DNA of 64,000 nt from Leptospiraceae bacterium (GTDB lineage Bacteria > Spirochaetota > Leptospiria > Leptospirales > Leptonemataceae). The DNA is taken from contig JAVJNR010000003.1 of the NCBI GenBank assembly GCA_040217195.1, positions 160,001-224,000 on the forward strand. Direction: 5' to 3'. This document shows, in pieces, positions 62,405 through 64,000 of this stretch (position 1 is the stretch's first letter; every line of letters starts with the position of its first letter). The notes under the pieces are model-generated. The model was given only the letters and a program-made list of their open reading frames with translations. It did no database searches and was not told the origin of the DNA. Both the position numbers and the translations under genes were made by a program.

Positions 62405-64000
62405 TGGGTTTTCTGGACGGCATCCTTTCGCTTGCCTATTTCTTTTTTGTATTGTTTCTACTGATGCATGGTATTCAGAATCTCAAAGAGTGCTATGCCG
62501 CTCTTAAGAGATATCGCTCGGGCAAGAAAGTACAATATGAAAAATCCCTCCAGCACCTGGCTCCCGGTGCGGGCGCTGTATTTGCTGGAATCCTTACTTT
62601 CTTTATTCTCTCTGTACCTGCACTGATAGAAACATTGTTCTATGCAGACAGCAATTCCATTCTATTTCGCACGGCAACTGCTCTGGCCTTTGAATATGAA
62701 TTACTGGGAAGCATTTTCTCGGCTGCAGGCGCTCCGGCCACTCCCGATGCCGTAGCTCAGATCATTCTGGACATTATTCCTGTCCATTTCTGGCAGCTAA
62801 TTCTCTTTCTCATCGGATATTTCGCATATCGAATTCTAACCTCCCAATTCTCTCGCATGTTTCAAGAGCCATCCGCTTTGATGCGATCAAGGCTGCCCGT
62901 AGATTTTGAGAATTCAGATCCAGAAACTCCACCCGTACTTTCGCCCTATACTTCCTTTGTATCCGGATCCATTTTTTTCTTTATTGGTGCAGGTATGCTG
63001 CTATTCCCATCTGCAGAGATGCAGTATGAGATTATTAGCGGCCGCGACATGGGTGGCTTCCTCTCTGTAATTCACGATCTCCAGGCTTTCATTCTACTCA
63101 GCAGTCAGTCCAATCATCATGTATTTCAGAATTCACATATTGCCGATTTTTTGCCCTGCATTCTGGCGCTGGTAGGTATGGGTATTCTGGAATTCACCGC
63201 CAGAGGATTATCAGAAAAATCCCGGCCGCCCTATACCGGAAATCAATCTGGAATTCATCTGGCTTTTAAGCGAAATCAGTTCGATTTCCTGGAAGATTTG
63301 CAGAAGAAAATTGGTCAGGTGCAGCCGCTGTTCGAAAATAATCCAACGTCCGGCGGTCGTAGCCCGCGAATAGAAGAAATAGATAGGGGGGCGCTGAAAA
63401 GGACTGTAGCAGAAACTCATGAGGAGTATCGCTTTGAAACTCTGGAAACCGAAAATCCGTTCTGGAGCGATATTCTGGAAAGACTGAACGTTGATCGTCT
63501 GTACACAACTCAATGGGAAGTAATCCAGAAAACAGCCACCGGTCAGAAAGTAGTCCTTTCAATGGAACCTGGTTCGGGCAAAATGCTTTCTGTTTTTCTG
63601 TCTGCCATGTACCAGGTAGTGCAAAAATTTCAGTCCGTACTGATCCTGGTTCCAGATGATAGCATTGCCGATGAAATCAAAGCCAGGTATTATGCGAAAA
63701 TCCAGGATTTACACTGGATGCAGGGATTATCCTTGCAGATTCTTACAAGCGATGAGGACAGAAGAGACACCGGCCATGTAACTGCCCTGGCCATGCAGGA
63801 ACTGCCCAGCGAAAGGCAGCCAGACATTATTCTTGCAACTCCCGATAGGCTTCATGGACTATTGAAAACCAGAGCCAGAGCACGGGATTTTATTCAGAAT
63901 CTGGGATTTGTAGCCATTGTTGAGGGTTCTTTGCATGGACATGTTCAGTCTCTACATACAGCTATGGTGCTGCGAAGATTCTTCACCATGGTTCGTCTGG
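62404..64000 (+). CDS. multi-TM protein fused to a degenerate SF2 (Hrq1/MrfA-like) helicase domain, partial; absent from ORF track
   Basis: Hand translation from ATG 62404 (TGATG overlap) is open to the window end: about 5 TMs, then LYTTQ, EPGSGKM, LILVP, IILATPDRL, VAIVEGS, SLHTAMVLRRF. Confidence 0.8.
   Translation, partial: MGFLDGILSLAYFFFVLFLLMHGIQNLKECYAALKRYRSGKKVQYEKSLQHLAPGAGAVFAGILTFFILSVPALIETLFYADSNSILFRTATALAFEYELLGSIFSAAGAPATPDAVAQIILDIIPVHFWQLILFLIGYFAYRILTSQFSRMFQEPSALMRSRLPVDFENSDPETPPVLSPYTSFVSGSIFFFIGAGMLLFPSAEMQYEIISGRDMGGFLSVIHDLQAFILLSSQSNHHVFQNSHIADFLPCILALVGMGILEFTARGLSEKSRPPYTGNQSGIHLAFKRNQFDFLEDLQKKIGQVQPLFENNPTSGGRSPRIEEIDRGALKRTVAETHEEYRFETLETENPFWSDILERLNVDRLYTTQWEVIQKTATGQKVVLSMEPGSGKMLSVFLSAMYQVVQKFQSVLILVPDDSIADEIKARYYAKIQDLHWMQGLSLQILTSDEDRRDTGHVTALAMQELPSERQPDIILATPDRLHGLLKTRARARDFIQNLGFVAIVEGSLHGHVQSLHTAMVLRRFFTMVRL

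Noticed and set aside
63211..63562. Two minus-strand ORFs of ~100 aa in the track
   Set aside because: Shadows of the long plus-strand ORF starting at 62404, which the track omitted, apparently because it has no stop in the window.

Overview
About 64 kb of bacterial chromosome, almost certainly from a Leptospiraceae spirochaete. This rests on an fcpA flagellar-coiling gene, a DUF1577/PilZ-type protein, a Leptospira-style HAMP-SpoIIE-TPR phosphatase and a spirochaete-type lipoprotein/ECF-FecR locus. Most of the window is housekeeping, lipid/redox metabolism and signalling genes: mtnP, gpsA, folK, hisS, an RlmL-like methyltransferase, a GGDEF cyclase, an HDAC, an arsR-arsI-like-acr3-arsC cassette, TetR/ArsR/MocR regulators with visible operators, and tandem YhhN genes. 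No rRNA, tRNA, CRISPR array or transposase was seen. The most striking element is the right-hand ~10 kb operon, which runs off the window. It encodes an exported, membrane-anchored vWA protein, a 1,170-aa FtsZ/tubulin-like GTPase with intact motifs, and a membrane protein that appears to carry a degenerate second tubulin-like domain. It ends with an ORF missing from the supplied track that fuses several TM helices to an apparently inactivated Hrq1/MrfA-like SF2 helicase. All calls are by-eye motif recognition; no searches were run.
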